Positions 62,755-64,000 of a DNA stretch of 64,000 nucleotides are shown one piece after another; positions within the stretch are counted from its first letter, which is position 1, and every line of letters starts with the position of its first letter. The notes beneath the pieces are model-generated. The model worked only from the letters and a program-made list of their open reading frames with translations, searched no databases and had not been told where the DNA came from. Both the position numbers and the translations under genes were made by a program. The stretch comes from an uncultured candidate division Zixibacteria bacterium (GTDB lineage Bacteria > Zixibacteria > MSB-5A5 > UBA10806 > 4484-95): the NCBI GenBank assembly GCA_963668625.2, contig CAXXKA010000008.1, forward strand, positions 320,001 through 384,000, in the 5' to 3' direction.

Positions 62755-63417
62755 CTATTTCAATTCCTTTTTGCAGAAATACCAGTCGGTACATTCTACG
62801 CTTGTGTCCTTGACACGCTCGGCGGCCATCTCCTGGGTTTGCGGAGGCGGTACGATAACCTTGTCACCGGGTCGCCAGTTGGCAGGCGTAGCCACGCCGT
62901 TGGCATCGGTGGTTTGAAGCGCCTTGATAGTCCGCAGAATCTCATCCATATTGCGGCCGGTGGTAAGCGGGTAGTAAATCATGGCGCGAAGAACCTGTTT
63001 GTCATCGATGATGAATACGCAGCGGGAGGTTTCGGTTTTGCTCTCGCCGGGCATGATCATCCCGTACTTGGTGGCAACGTCCTTGTTCAAATCGGCTATA
63101 ATCGGGAATTCGATTTTCACACCCATCTTCTCCTCGATATTGCGTGCCCAGGCGATATGCGAATAGACACTATCGATCGATAAACCGAGAAGCTCGGTGT
63201 TGAGCTTTTTAAGCTCGGGATAAATCTCGGCAAAGCCCATGAACTCGGTGGTGCAAACCGGGGTGAAATCGGCCGGATGCGAGAACATGATCAACCAGGA
63301 GCCTTTGTAATCCTCTAATCGGAGTGTGCCGTGGGTTGTGGGAGCCTCGAACTGCGGGGCTTTCTCGCCTAAACGTGGTAATCTTACCTGCTCAACACTT
63401 TGTACTTCTTCTGACAT
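62755..63417 (-). CDS. Peroxiredoxin (Prx6/AhpC-like)
   Basis: FSHPADFTPVCTTE, YYP...GRN, TPANW.PG, C-terminal CTDWYFC. Confidence 0.95.
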   Translation of the reverse strand: MSEEVQSVEQVRLPRLGEKAPQFEAPTTHGTLRLEDYKGSWLIMFSHPADFTPVCTTEFMGFAEIYPELKKLNTELLGLSIDSVYSHIAWARNIEEKMGVKIEFPIIADLNKDVATKYGMIMPGESKTETSRCVFIIDDKQVLRAMIYYPLTTGRNMDEILRTIKALQTTDANGVATPANWRPGDKVIVPPPQTQEMAAERVKDTSVECTDWYFCKKELK

Positions 63418-64000
63418 CTTACTAATCCTTTCATTACTATCATCTTATGGCGGCAAGGGCGTCTGGCAAGGGGGGGAAAAGTAACCATCCGCCGTGCTAT
63501 GGTAAAGCCGAACTATCTGGTTCGACAACCATCACCGCCTTATTATTTACTCGTCGCTTAATAAGAATGATTATCAATACCAAAAAGTTCCGATATGTTA
63601 ATTTTTTAGGATATTTTTTCAATATTGATACGAAGCTTCTATATGCGCCCAATGTTTTTAGCTATAACTTATTAGTACGATGGCGACTATTTATTTATGT
63701 TGCCGAGTGAGGCAATAGGTGAAAATATTCCTCCATCTGGGAGAATAATTCACAATATCAGGATGTCGCTGGGCTATGATTTTAAGACATCCTGTTACGA
63801 TATAACAACCGGCGGTGGAAAACAATTACTGGGCCGTCATGTATCTTTTAACAATCCCTGATTTATCAACGCCATCCAGAGCCATATCTCAGCAACAGGC
63901 CGAATACTTGAGGCTTTCCTGTTATGAATATAACTTGACCCTAAGCACAATATAATTAATCCGGAATTATTTTATCCCAAATCCGGGTTGTGTCAAGTTT

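Noticed and set aside
62247-62813. Plus-strand ORFs of 106, 105 and 67 aa
   Set aside because: Overlap real genes and the palindrome cluster; composition not protein-like
1-64000. CRISPR array, tRNA/rRNA, integrase, transposase, reverse transcriptase
   Set aside because: No regularly spaced direct repeats, cloverleaf or rRNA signatures, or such protein motifs seen by eye

Overview
Chromosomal window from a Gram-negative bacterium. The secreted proteins with 'QNYPNPFN...KMMLLK' C-terminal domains and a dockerin-like tail suggest an FCB-group, Zixibacteria-like organism (inference). Most of it is housekeeping or accessory metabolism: nnr, YyaL-like, Kef-type antiporter, hybrid histidine kinase, hppA, D-cysteine desulfhydrase, ilvA, the kdsC-kdsD-lpxL-lptC-lptB LPS operon, pepF, a B12 radical SAM enzyme, prolyl oligopeptidase and a peroxiredoxin. 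The best candidate for an undescribed system is an AT-rich three-gene operon (38987-41596, minus strand): a small helical protein, a 518-aa HExxH gluzincin-like protein and an intact trimeric-dUTPase-fold dCTP deaminase, inserted between two housekeeping genes. It may be a protease-gated nucleotide-depletion defence system. Also notable are a tandemly duplicated divergent APS-kinase-like/HAD-phosphatase cassette beside a GlpT-type transporter, a cluster of large secreted OB-fold-repeat proteins with no recognisable catalytic domain, and a ~250-bp MITE-like family with CTAGTGTCCGG ends, two complementary halves of which flank the LPS operon in inverted orientation. I found no rRNA, tRNA, CRISPR array or transposase. 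All calls come from reading motifs by eye; no searches were run.
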